Shown one piece after another: positions 50,784 through 60,507 of a stretch of DNA of 64,000 nt. The stretch spans positions 6,651 to 70,650 of the forward strand of contig JAZONG010000114.1 in assembly GCA_045654385.1 (NCBI GenBank), in the 5' to 3' direction. Under the pieces are notes generated by a model. The model did no database searches. It was not told the origin of the DNA and was given only the letters and a program-made list of their open reading frames with translations. The translations under genes were made by a program, and so were the position numbers. The DNA comes from Alistipes sp. (lineage in GTDB: Bacteria; Bacteroidota; Bacteroidia; Bacteroidales; Rikenellaceae). Each line of letters opens with the position of its first letter. Positions within the stretch are counted from its first letter, which is position 1.

Positions 50784-50802
50784 AACTCTCAACTCCACAC
50801 TC
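50778..50802. repeat. Heptamer array overlapping the terminator
   Basis: actctta-actctca-actccac-actc. Confidence 0.6.
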
Positions 50803-50806
50803 GGAA

Positions 50807-51883
50807 TTACTGTGCAGGAGTCTCTGCCGGAGCCTCAACCGGAGCCTCCTCAGTTACAGCAGGGGTAACCTCGATAAGCTCAACCTCGAACTCCAAAGCC
50901 TCGTTAGGACCAATATCACGACCTGCGCCACGACGACCGTATGCCAACTCAGCAGGGATATACAACTTAATCTTACCGCCAGGACCAACAAGTTTCATAC
51001 CCTCGGTCCAACCCTTGATAACACGGTTGAGCGGGAACTCAATAGGCTTACTCTCCTCCAAGAGTTTACCCTTCTCGTCGAACATCTGAGGACGCTGTGC
51101 ACGCATCATCTCCTGCTGCTCCTTCGAGCGGTTCTCGAAACGAGAAGCATCGAATACTGTACCATCCTGCAACTTACCTACATAGTGTACCTTTACTACA
51201 TCCTCATCGCTTGTAGCAGCCTTGGTCATATCGCCGGCCTTAACAACCTTGTAAACCAAACCGCTCTCGGTGGTCTTAACGCCACAACCCTTAGCCTTCT
51301 TCTCCAACCACTTAGCCGAACGCTCAGCAGCCTCAGCAGGACGAGTTACAGTAAAGTAGGTCTGCAAGTAGCCCATAATGTGCTCGATAGACAACTCTGT
51401 GCTATCCTCCCAAGCATCACCAAAGCCCTTAACCAACCAGTAGTACTGAATAGGAAACTTGCTCTCACGAACATTGTTACCGATGTCCGAACCAAATGCA
51501 TACGAAACGCTCTCGCACTCCTCCTCGTTAAGGAAGAACTGGAAAACTGCGGTCGAATCGCTCTTCTCAGCCTCAGCCTTTGCAGCACGACGCTCAGGCA
51601 ATGTTGTAGTGAAGAAATCACGAAGAGTTGCAACTGCATCATCGTGCGAAACCTTTGACTTGTTAGTCACACCATCCTTGATTGCACCCTTTACAACCTC
51701 TACATCGAAAGGAATATCGCTAAGCTGATACTTGATGCTGCCACCAATGTTAGCACCGAGGCAGTAAGACAACGAGTCCAACTTACCCTTGTTTCCCTCA
51801 ACAACATTCTGCACCTTGCTGCCGCAAGAGCAAACCAATGCAGCACAAGCAAGTGCCACAACGCTTAAAAATACTTTTTTCAT
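50807..51883 (-). CDS. FKBP-type peptidyl-prolyl isomerase, lipoprotein
   Basis: Lipobox; two FKBP_N-like SY..G segments; [19 protein letters not shown] and IPAELAYG motifs. Confidence 0.93.
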   Translation of the reverse strand: MKKVFLSVVALACAALVCSCGSKVQNVVEGNKGKLDSLSYCLGANIGGSIKYQLSDIPFDVEVVKGAIKDGVTNKSKVSHDDAVATLRDFFTTTLPERRAAKAEAEKSDSTAVFQFFLNEEECESVSYAFGSDIGNNVRESKFPIQYYWLVKGFGDAWEDSTELSIEHIMGYLQTYFTVTRPAEAAERSAKWLEKKAKGCGVKTTESGLVYKVVKAGDMTKAATSDEDVVKVHYVGKLQDGTVFDASRFENRSKEQQEMMRAQRPQMFDEKGKLLEESKPIEFPLNRVIKGWTEGMKLVGPGGKIKLYIPAELAYGRRGAGRDIGPNEALEFEVELIEVTPAVTEEAPVEAPAETPAQ

Positions 51884-51951
51884 ATCTCTAATTTTATTTT
51901 AGTGTTTACAAAATTGCGCAAATATAACAATTATTGGGTAATAACGAATAA

Positions 51952-52638
51952 TTATTTACCATATTTTATGTCGAGCACCTCTACATCGTAGTTCAGCAAC
52001 GCATTCGGAGCGATGCCCAACTCCTTGTTTCCTGCCACATCGTAGGCCACCTTCGACGGCAACCAGGCATTGAAGTGCGAACCCTCGCCCGCCAATTTGA
52101 TAACCTCCTGCAAACCCTTAACCAAATTGCGATACGAATCACGGATAGTATCGGCCTCGACCAATACATTACCCTGCTCATCGGTCAATTTGTAGGCAAT
52201 TTTAACGGTATCTCGCACCGACATCGAGCCTTGACGGCTTTGGTCGCCGAGCTTATCAATCTTATAGGTTACACCACTTCGAGTGCGGGCATACTTACGA
52301 TCACGCTTGCTCAAATCGGAGAGGTAACGCTCCTGATAAGCCTTTGCCTTCTCGTGAACGAAGTAGGTCTTCTCGGCGAGGTAGTAATCACGAGCCTCCT
52401 CCATAGTCATCATCTGAGTACCATTGTAGGTGTCACGAATAGCGGCACAAACAGCCTCAACATCGAGTTTCGGATCCATCTCCATAAGTGCGTGACCGAC
52501 ATTCAGGCCCACAACATAGGAGAGAGTGTCGGTCTGCGAGTTCGACTTCGAGCCACGAGTTCCGCACGAAAAGAGGATTGTGCCAAAGAGGGCAACCACC
52601 ACTATATAGTTCAAATATCGCATCATCTTCTGTTTCAA
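51952..52638 (-). CDS. Divergent FKBP-type PPIase, lipoprotein
   Basis: Lipobox LFSC; DTLSYVVG, SGVTY, LVKGLQE, PS.VAY and IAPNALL motifs. Confidence 0.8.
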   Translation of the reverse strand: MKQKMMRYLNYIVVVALFGTILFSCGTRGSKSNSQTDTLSYVVGLNVGHALMEMDPKLDVEAVCAAIRDTYNGTQMMTMEEARDYYLAEKTYFVHEKAKAYQERYLSDLSKRDRKYARTRSGVTYKIDKLGDQSRQGSMSVRDTVKIAYKLTDEQGNVLVEADTIRDSYRNLVKGLQEVIKLAGEGSHFNAWLPSKVAYDVAGNKELGIAPNALLNYDVEVLDIKYGK

Positions 52639-52749
52639 TTAAGAGTTCAAGCGACAAAAATACAAAATTATTGTTAAAAAACATACAACCTTAATGCAAA
52701 CCGACTATATTTGTGCTAAATTTGCAACAATAGTCCGTTTTAGAGCAGT

Positions 52750-53745
52750 ATGAAAGTAGTTATCGACAGAGCAATTCCGTTTTTGCATAGGGTTTTAGAG
52801 CCCTTTGCCGAGGTGGAATATCTTGATGGCAATCGCTTTACGCCCGAAGTGGTAAAGAGCGCCGATGCCCTCATTATTCGCACTCGTACCCGCTGCGACC
52901 AAGCACTGCTCGAAGGCTCAAAGGTGCAATTTATAGCCACCGCAACCATCGGTTTCGACCATATCGATCTCGACTATTGCCGAGCACACAATATCGCCGT
53001 TGCCACCTCGGCAGGTTGTAATGCACGAGGTGTTTTGCAGTGGGTAGCAGCCGCTTTGGCAGCACTTGCAAAGCGTGAATACTTCCGCCCCGAGGAACGC
53101 ACTTTGGGTATTGTCGGCGTCGGAAATGTCGGACGACTTGTCAAGGAGTATGCCGAGGCGTGGGGCTTCCGCACAATATGTTGCGACCCACCTCGTCAGG
53201 AGCGAGAAAATCTCGACTTTGTCGGCCTCGATGAAGTGCTGCAAAAGGCTGATATTGTAACACTTCACACACCGCTCAACCACACGACACACCACCTTAT
53301 AAATAGCGATAACATCTCGTTTTTGCACTCGGGAGCAACCCTTATAAACGCATCCCGAGGGGAGTGTGTATCCACCGCAGCAACCAAACGCAACGATTTG
53401 ACCTACATAACCGATGTATGGGAGAATGAACCACATATCGACAGCGAATATCTTGCAAAATCGTTCATTGCGACACCCCATATTGCCGGCTACTCGGCTC
53501 AGGGCAAAGCAAACGCCTCGGCTATGGCCGTGCAGGCGTTGGCCCGCCATTTTGCTCTACCTTTAATCGATTGGCGACCAAGCGAGGTGAAAGTCGTAGA
53601 ACCAAAACTCATCTCGTGGGAGGATATGTGCGCCTCAATACCGCACTACTGCAACCTTTCGAGCGAGAGTGAACAACTGCGCAACGCCCCCGAGCAATTC
53701 GAGCATTTGCGCAATAACTACCACTATCGAGAGGAGTATTTCTAA
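52750..53745 (+). CDS. pdxB: Erythronate-4-phosphate dehydrogenase
   Basis: RTRT, TATIGFDHID, GIVGVGNVG, HTPL, NASRG, DVWENEP and TPHIAGYS motifs. Confidence 0.93.
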   Translation: MKVVIDRAIPFLHRVLEPFAEVEYLDGNRFTPEVVKSADALIIRTRTRCDQALLEGSKVQFIATATIGFDHIDLDYCRAHNIAVATSAGCNARGVLQWVAAALAALAKREYFRPEERTLGIVGVGNVGRLVKEYAEAWGFRTICCDPPRQERENLDFVGLDEVLQKADIVTLHTPLNHTTHHLINSDNISFLHSGATLINASRGECVSTAATKRNDLTYITDVWENEPHIDSEYLAKSFIATPHIAGYSAQGKANASAMAVQALARHFALPLIDWRPSEVKVVEPKLISWEDMCASIPHYCNLSSESEQLRNAPEQFEHLRNNYHYREEYF

Positions 53746-53768
53746 AAAATTATTACCTTTGCAACGCT

Positions 53769-54842
53769 ATGACGAAATTTTTGCGCCTCATATCATCACT
53801 TTTTGGAGCGGAGCGAGCACACTCGTTCTCGGTCCTGATGCTCCGCATTGCAGACAAAATTCCTGCCTGCAAGTGGTTCTTACGCAAAATTTACGCAACC
53901 GAGGATAAGTCATTGGAGCGTGAGGTCTTTGGCATTCACTTTCGCAACCCTATCGGTTTGGCGGCCGGTTATGACCGCAATGGCGAAATCTATCAGCCAC
54001 TCTCGGCACTCGGATTCGGCTTTATCGAGATTGGAACGGTAACCCCTCGCCCACAGCAGGGAAATCCTAAACCTCGTGTCTTTACATTGCCCGAGGATTG
54101 CGCCATACTCAACCGCATAGGCCTTGCATCGAAAGGCTTAGAGGAGGTATTGAAGAATGTTCGTAAGGAGCACGACGGCATAGTTCTCGGCTGCAACATC
54201 GGCAAGAACTCCGTAACACCGCCCGAGGAGGCTCCGATGGACTACCTGCGTGTATTCCGAAACCTCTATCAGTATATCGACTACTTCGCTGTAAATGTGA
54301 GTTATAACACCACTCACAAACAATATGTGCCTCGCACCCGTGAGAGTATAATGAGTATCCTCGAACCTCTTTTCGACTTCCGTCGAGGACAAAATCAGTA
54401 TCGCCCGATATTACTAAAAATATCGCCCGATTTGACCAACGATGAGATATATTTGATGACCGATATTATGGTCGATACTCCGCTTGACGGCATCATCGCT
54501 ACTAACGCCACAACCCACCCTGAGGGGCTTAAAACTCCGCAGGAGGTGTTGCGCAAGGATGGTGCAGGCGCAGTCAGCGGTGCACCTCTCACCGAGCGTG
54601 CCATCGAAGTCGTACGCCGAGTTTACGAGCGATGCAACGGCACCTACCCTATCATTGGCGTAGGCGGTTTGATGACGGGAGAGGATGTTAAGCGAATGAT
54701 GGAGGCAGGAGCTACGCTCGTGCAGGTCTATACGGGATTTGTCTACAATGGCGCAGGCTTCGCAGGCAACTTGTGCAAGAGTCTTCTCGCTCCCAACGAG
54801 GAGAAGGTGGCAGACTCCACCCAACAAACCGACAATCAATAG
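53769..54842 (+). CDS. pyrD: Quinone-dependent dihydroorotate dehydrogenase-like protein (divergent active-site loop)
   Basis: NPIGLAAG, GTVTPRPQ.GNPKPR, NIGKN, KISPD, SG.PL and IIGVGG motifs. Confidence 0.82.
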   Translation: MTKFLRLISSLFGAERAHSFSVLMLRIADKIPACKWFLRKIYATEDKSLEREVFGIHFRNPIGLAAGYDRNGEIYQPLSALGFGFIEIGTVTPRPQQGNPKPRVFTLPEDCAILNRIGLASKGLEEVLKNVRKEHDGIVLGCNIGKNSVTPPEEAPMDYLRVFRNLYQYIDYFAVNVSYNTTHKQYVPRTRESIMSILEPLFDFRRGQNQYRPILLKISPDLTNDEIYLMTDIMVDTPLDGIIATNATTHPEGLKTPQEVLRKDGAGAVSGAPLTERAIEVVRRVYERCNGTYPIIGVGGLMTGEDVKRMMEAGATLVQVYTGFVYNGAGFAGNLCKSLLAPNEEKVADSTQQTDNQ

Positions 54843-54845
54843 GCA

Positions 54846-56081
54846 ATGAAAGCAACAATTATAACTATCGGTGACGAGATTTTGATTGGTCAGATTCTCG
54901 ACACCAACTCTCGTTACATCTCTCGTGCATTGAACGCACACGGCATTGTCGTTGCCGAGCGCACCTCGATAGGCGACAACCGCAGCCAAATAGTCGAGAC
55001 TCTCGACCGTGCTTTGGCACAGAGCGAAGTGGTGATAATTACGGGTGGTTTAGGCCCTACCAAGGATGATATAACTAAACACACCTTATGTGACTACTTC
55101 GGCTCGACACTCCGTTATGACGAGCACGAGGCGGAGCATATCCGCACAATGTTGGAGGCTCGCAACATCGCCTTCAACGAACTAAATCGAGGTCAGGCAA
55201 TGGTGCCCGAGTGCTGCACCGTACTACACAACGCCCACGGCACTGCTCCGGGTATGTGGTTCGAGCGAGAGGGGCGAGTGGTAATCTCACTTCCGGGTGT
55301 TCCATTCGAAATGCAACACCTTATCGACGAGGAGGTTATGCCACGCCTTTGCGAGAGGTTCGAGTTGCGTGAGATTATCCATCGCACGATGATTACCTTC
55401 GGTATCGCCGAGTCTATTTTGGCCGAGAAAATCGAGGCGTGGGAGGAGGCTCTGCCCGACTATCTTCACCTCGCCTATCTCCCTGCACCAAATGTGGTGC
55501 GATTGCGCCTTTCAGCCTACGAAGTCGAGGGCAAGGAGGTACGCCAAGAGATCGAGAGAGAGTTTGATAAGTTGCGCTCGATTATTCCAAACAATATCGC
55601 AGGATTCGAGGAGGCTTCGGTCGAAGAATTGGTGCACAACATCCTTATCGAGCGTGGCGAGAGCCTTGCCGTAGCCGAGAGTTGCACGGGAGGAGCAATA
55701 GCCTCGAAGTTTACGGCACAAGCAGGGGCATCGGCCTACTTTATGTGTGGCGTAGTGTCATACAGCAACCACTCGAAGTGCAATGTCTTGGGTGTTCCTG
55801 CATCCGACATCGAACAATATGGCGCTGTATCGGAGCAGGTAGCGATAGCAATGGCGCAGGGTGCAAAGGTCGTTTCAGGGGCAAATTTTGCCATTTCAAC
55901 CACCGGCATTGCCGGCCCGACCGGAGGCTCAAAAGATAAGCCCGTGGGTACGGTATGGATTGGCGTTGCAACACCAAAAAAATGCTATGCGGTGCTAAAA
56001 AACTGTGGTACAGACCGTTCGCAAATCATATCTCGTGCTACGGCCTACGCCATAGCAATGTTATACGAGGAGTTGAAGTAG
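54846..56081 (+). CDS. cinA: CinA family NMN deamidase-related protein
   Basis: IGDEILIGQILDTN, TGGLGPT.DD, AESCTGG, GAVS and TTGIAGP motifs. Confidence 0.94.
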   Translation: MKATIITIGDEILIGQILDTNSRYISRALNAHGIVVAERTSIGDNRSQIVETLDRALAQSEVVIITGGLGPTKDDITKHTLCDYFGSTLRYDEHEAEHIRTMLEARNIAFNELNRGQAMVPECCTVLHNAHGTAPGMWFEREGRVVISLPGVPFEMQHLIDEEVMPRLCERFELREIIHRTMITFGIAESILAEKIEAWEEALPDYLHLAYLPAPNVVRLRLSAYEVEGKEVRQEIEREFDKLRSIIPNNIAGFEEASVEELVHNILIERGESLAVAESCTGGAIASKFTAQAGASAYFMCGVVSYSNHSKCNVLGVPASDIEQYGAVSEQVAIAMAQGAKVVSGANFAISTTGIAGPTGGSKDKPVGTVWIGVATPKKCYAVLKNCGTDRSQIISRATAYAIAMLYEELK

Positions 56082-56105
56082 AAAAGTACCGAACAAAAAA
56101 AGATT

Positions 56106-56133
56106 AGGGGTAATGTTATATAACATTGCCCCT
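56106..56133. terminator. Palindrome after cinA (terminator and/or operator upstream of the RND promoter)
   Basis: aggggtaatgttatataacattgcccct; -7 element TAACTTTG follows at 56160-56167. Confidence 0.55.
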
Positions 56134-56210
56134 TTGTTGTATTTTCTCTCTTTTTTTACTAACTTTGCGCATCTTTTTAAGCACGCATATTCACTAAAAC
56201 CAAAAACAAT

Positions 56211-57338
56211 ATGACTAAAAATTTACTTCTCGGTCTGATGCTCGTATGCACCCTCTTTACAGTTGGTTGCGAGGAGGAGAAGACCACAACAAAGCGTACT
56301 CGTGAGTACAATGCGATGATTCTCACCACCGCATCACGCAAACTCAGTTCGACCTACTCGGCTACAATCCGAGGAAAGCAGGATGTCGACATTCGTCCGA
56401 AGGTTCAGGGCTACATCACCGACATCAGAGTTAAGGAGGGTTCGATTGTTCGCAAGGACCAAACTCTCTTCGTAATCGATCAGGTGCCTTATCAGGCGGC
56501 TCTCGCTACTGCCGAGGCAAATGTGGATGTAGCAAAGGCACAAGTGGATGCGGCAGAGCTCTCAGCAAAGAGTAAGGAGATGTTGTTCGAGGAGAACATT
56601 ATCTCGGACTTCGACCTCCGTATGGCTCGCACAACTTTGGCAAGTGCCAAGGCACAACTCGCTCAGGCTCGTGCAAACGAGCTCACTGCCAGCAACAACC
56701 TCTCTTACACTCTCGTAAAGAGCCCTGTGGATGGTGTTGTTGGAACACTTCCATTCCGTGTTGGTACTCTCGTAAGCCCGTCTGACGCAACTCCGATGAC
56801 TTCGGTATCGGACAACTCCGAGATGTATGTATATTTCTCTATGTCGGAGAGCCAGGTATTGTCGCTCAAACGCCAGCACGGTGCGCTCGAAAACGCATTG
56901 CAGGAGTTACCAATGGTGGAGTTGCAACTCAGTGACGGTACAATCTACGCCGAGAAGGGCCGTATCGAGGCTATCTCGGGTATCATCGACCCTACAACCG
57001 GTTCGGTAACCCTTCGTGCCAAGTTCCCTAACCACAAGCGACTTCTTATCTCGGGAGGTTCGGGTACAATTATCCTCCCTCATCGTCAGGATGGCTGTGT
57101 GGTTATTCCACAGCACGCAACCTACGAGGTACAGGATAAGGTCTACGCCTACAAGGTTGAGAATGGCGTTGCAAAGGCTAAAATCATCGGTGTATTCGAG
57201 ATTAGCAACGGTAAGGAGTACATCGTGGAGAGCGGTTTGATGGAGGGCGACACCATTATCGTTGATGGTATCGGTTTGTTGCGTGACGACACCCCTGTAA
57301 ACATCAAGGAGTTTGTTACTGCCAAGAAAAAGAAGTAA
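56211..57338 (+). CDS. RND efflux periplasmic adaptor subunit
   Basis: Lipobox; IRPKVQG, SPVDGVVG, DPTTGS and IPQ.A motifs. Confidence 0.95.
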   Translation: MTKNLLLGLMLVCTLFTVGCEEEKTTTKRTREYNAMILTTASRKLSSTYSATIRGKQDVDIRPKVQGYITDIRVKEGSIVRKDQTLFVIDQVPYQAALATAEANVDVAKAQVDAAELSAKSKEMLFEENIISDFDLRMARTTLASAKAQLAQARANELTASNNLSYTLVKSPVDGVVGTLPFRVGTLVSPSDATPMTSVSDNSEMYVYFSMSESQVLSLKRQHGALENALQELPMVELQLSDGTIYAEKGRIEAISGIIDPTTGSVTLRAKFPNHKRLLISGGSGTIILPHRQDGCVVIPQHATYEVQDKVYAYKVENGVAKAKIIGVFEISNGKEYIVESGLMEGDTIIVDGIGLLRDDTPVNIKEFVTAKKKK

Positions 57339-57369
57339 GAGGATTTCTTAATTAGAAGGAGAAACAAAG

Positions 57370-60300
57370 ATGAATATAAAAACATTTATCGACCGTCCGA
57401 TTCTCTCGTCCGTAATCTCGATTATCGTTATAATCGGCGGACTTATCGGTCTGGCAGTACTCCCTATCGAGCGATACCCAAATATCGCTCCGCCGACAAT
57501 CAGCGTGTCGGTGTCGTATCCGGGAGCGGGTGCAGAGACCGTGCAGAAGAGTGTCCTTGTACCTCTCGAAGAGGCCATTAATGGTGTTGAGAATATGACC
57601 TATATGTCCTCGGCGGCAAACAACAACGGTGGTGGTAGCGTTACCATCTACTTCAAGCAGGGAGTAAATGCCGATATGGCAGCCGTGAATGTACAGAACT
57701 GCGTACAGCGTGCTACCCGACAACTCCCTACCGAGGTTGTAGAGGCAGGTATCACCGTTAAGAAGCGACAGACAAGTATTTTGGAGCGTGTGGCTCTGTA
57801 TAGCCCGAATGGCTCATACGATAGAACCTTTATCGTAAACTACATCAAGATTAACCTCGTGCCTGCAATCTCTCGTATTCCGGGCGTAGGTGATATTGAG
57901 GTGCGTGGTTCGGACTACTCGATGCGTATTTGGATGAAGCCTGATGTTATGGCGCAGTACAAACTCGTACCTGCCGACATCTCGGCTGCTCTCGGCGAGC
58001 AGAATATCGAGGCAGCAACTGGTTCGTTTGGAGAGAACGCCGAAAATCAGACCTTCCAATATGCAATGCGTTACAAAGGTCGTTTGGAGAATATCAGCGA
58101 GTTCGAGAACATTGTCATTCGTGCTCTTCCAAATGGCGAGGTGTTGCGCTTGAAGGATATTGCCGATATTGAGTTGGGAACACAGACCTATCAGTATCAG
58201 TGCGAGATTAACAACTCTCCGGGCACCGAGTTTGTCATCTATCAGACACCTGACTCGAATGCTACCGAGGTCATCAAGAAGATTGATGCCTTCTTGGAGC
58301 AGGCTCGTCAGGACTTCCCAGTCGATTTGGATATGGTGATTTTGGAGAGTACAAACGACTTCCTCTTCGCCTCTATCTACAATGTAATCCGCACCCTTTT
58401 GGAGGCTATCGTCTTGGTAACCCTCGTGGTGTTTATCTTCTTGCGTGACTTCCGCTCGACTATGATTCCGCTTATCTGTACCATCGTGTCGATTATCGGA
58501 ACATTCCTCTTCCTCTTTATGTTTGGTTTCAGTATCAACCTCCTCACCTTGTTTGCATTGGTGCTCTCTATTGGTGTGGTTGTGGATGATGCCATCATTG
58601 TGGTTGAAGCGGTGCACTCCAAGTTGGACTTGGGTTACAAGTCAGTCTATAAGGCTACGGTGGATGCAATGGAGGGTATCACCACTGCGATTATCACTTG
58701 TACGCTCGTATTTATGGCGGTGTTTATCCCTACATCGTTTATGGGCGGTACTTCGGGTATCTTCTATACACAGTTCGGTATCACAATGGCCGTGGCGGTG
58801 GCTATCTCGGCGCTTAACGCCTTGACCTTCTCGCCTGCTTTGTGTGCAATGTTACTCAAACCAAAGGATGAGCACGGCAACCCTGTGAAGATGTCGTTTG
58901 GCAAGCGTCTAAATATCGCATTCGACAACTCGTTCAACGCCATCTGCAAGCGCTACTTGAAGGGAGTAACATTCTTCCTCCGTCATCGTTGGTTGAGTGG
59001 CGTACTCTTTGTTGCAGCGTGCGGTTTGTTGCTCTACTTTATGAATACAACCAAGACAGGCCTTGTTCCTCGTGAGGACTTGGGTACTTTGCGAGTTGAT
59101 ATTTCGACTCCTCCGGGTACTTCACTTACACAGACCAAACACGTATTGGACCGCTTCGATGCAGACCTTATCCGCTACATCGACGAGACTCACGCAGTCA
59201 GCAAGATGGCAGGTTACTCACAGGCCGGTGGTGCAGGTTCATCGCAGGGTAGCTTCCTCCTTCGTCTTAAACACTGGAATCTCCGTAAGGGCGAGGAGCA
59301 TAGTGTTGGCGCAGTACAAAAACGAGTAAAGGAGTATGCCGATGCATTTAACGACGCTACGGTCTTCACCTCTACCCCTGCAATGATTCCGGGCTTTGGT
59401 GCTGCGGGAGGTTTCAACCTATATGTTCAGGATAGAAAGGGTGGCGACATCGAGGAGTTGGCAGAGATTACTTTCGACTTCATCAACGCCTTGAAGGAGC
59501 GTCCGGAGATTGGCTCGGCTCACACCTCGTTTAACCCTCGCTTCCCTCAATACCAGATTGATGTCGATGCGGTGAAGTGTAAGCGTGCCGGCACATCGCC
59601 TAAGGATGTATTGAATGTGTTGAACGGTTACTATGGCGGTATGATGTCTACCCGATTTAACAAATTCACCAAGCTCTATCAGGTGCGTATTCAGGCACAC
59701 CCTAAGTATCGTGCCGACAAGCAGACCTTGAACAATATCTTCGTGCGCATCGGCGATGAGATGGCTCCTATCAGCCAGTTCGTAACGCTCGAAAAAATCT
59801 ACGCACCGGAGAACCTTGCCCGCTTTAATATGTTCCCTGCCATCAGCGTAAATGGCCGTGCAGCCGAGGGTTACTCTTCGGGTGATGCAATCAAGGCGGT
59901 ACAGGCTGTGGCAAAGGAGTATCTCCCTGTGGGTTATGGCTACGACTTCTCGGGTATTGCTCGTGAGGAGGCAGAGAGTACAAGCAATACGGCGATTATC
60001 TTCGTCATCTGTATCGTGCTTATCTTCCTTATCCTCTCGGCACTCTACGAGAGTTTCATCATCCCATTGGCAGTTATCTGCTCTGTACCATTCGGCTTGA
60101 TGGGTTCGTTCCTCTTTGCTCAGATGATGGGTGTGGAGAATAACATCTATCTCCAAACCGGTTTGATTATGCTCATCGGCTTGTTGTCGAAGACCGCAAT
60201 TCTTATTACCGAGTTTGCAGGTGAGAACCGTGCAAAGGGTATGTCTATCGCCCGTGCAACCTATGTTGCAACACGAGAGCGTTTCCGTCCAATCCTGATG

Positions 60301-60507
60301 ACCGTATTGACAATGGTTATCGGTATGATTCCGTTGATGTTCTCGACCGGTGTAGGTGCAAATGGTAACACCACAATCGGTACCGGCGTTGTTGGAGGTA
60401 TGGTAATCGGAACATTGGCACTCTTGTTTGTATTGCCTGTATTCTTCGCCTTCTTCCAATGGTTGCAGGAGAAGGTTAAACCTATTAAAACTAACGAGGA
60501 GGAGTAA
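57370..60507 (+). CDS. RND efflux permease (HAE1/AcrB-like)
   Basis: FIDRPI, YPNIAPP, GVVVDDAIIVVE, K.AIL and R.RPILMT motifs. Confidence 0.97.
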   Translation: MNIKTFIDRPILSSVISIIVIIGGLIGLAVLPIERYPNIAPPTISVSVSYPGAGAETVQKSVLVPLEEAINGVENMTYMSSAANNNGGGSVTIYFKQGVNADMAAVNVQNCVQRATRQLPTEVVEAGITVKKRQTSILERVALYSPNGSYDRTFIVNYIKINLVPAISRIPGVGDIEVRGSDYSMRIWMKPDVMAQYKLVPADISAALGEQNIEAATGSFGENAENQTFQYAMRYKGRLENISEFENIVIRALPNGEVLRLKDIADIELGTQTYQYQCEINNSPGTEFVIYQTPDSNATEVIKKIDAFLEQARQDFPVDLDMVILESTNDFLFASIYNVIRTLLEAIVLVTLVVFIFLRDFRSTMIPLICTIVSIIGTFLFLFMFGFSINLLTLFALVLSIGVVVDDAIIVVEAVHSKLDLGYKSVYKATVDAMEGITTAIITCTLVFMAVFIPTSFMGGTSGIFYTQFGITMAVAVAISALNALTFSPALCAMLLKPKDEHGNPVKMSFGKRLNIAFDNSFNAICKRYLKGVTFFLRHRWLSGVLFVAACGLLLYFMNTTKTGLVPREDLGTLRVDISTPPGTSLTQTKHVLDRFDADLIRYIDETHAVSKMAGYSQAGGAGSSQGSFLLRLKHWNLRKGEEHSVGAVQKRVKEYADAFNDATVFTSTPAMIPGFGAAGGFNLYVQDRKGGDIEELAEITFDFINALKERPEIGSAHTSFNPRFPQYQIDVDAVKCKRAGTSPKDVLNVLNGYYGGMMSTRFNKFTKLYQVRIQAHPKYRADKQTLNNIFVRIGDEMAPISQFVTLEKIYAPENLARFNMFPAISVNGRAAEGYSSGDAIKAVQAVAKEYLPVGYGYDFSGIAREEAESTSNTAIIFVICIVLIFLILSALYESFIIPLAVICSVPFGLMGSFLFAQMMGVENNIYLQTGLIMLIGLLSKTAILITEFAGENRAKGMSIARATYVATRERFRPILMTVLTMVIGMIPLMFSTGVGANGNTTIGTGVVGGMVIGTLALLFVLPVFFAFFQWLQEKVKPIKTNEEE

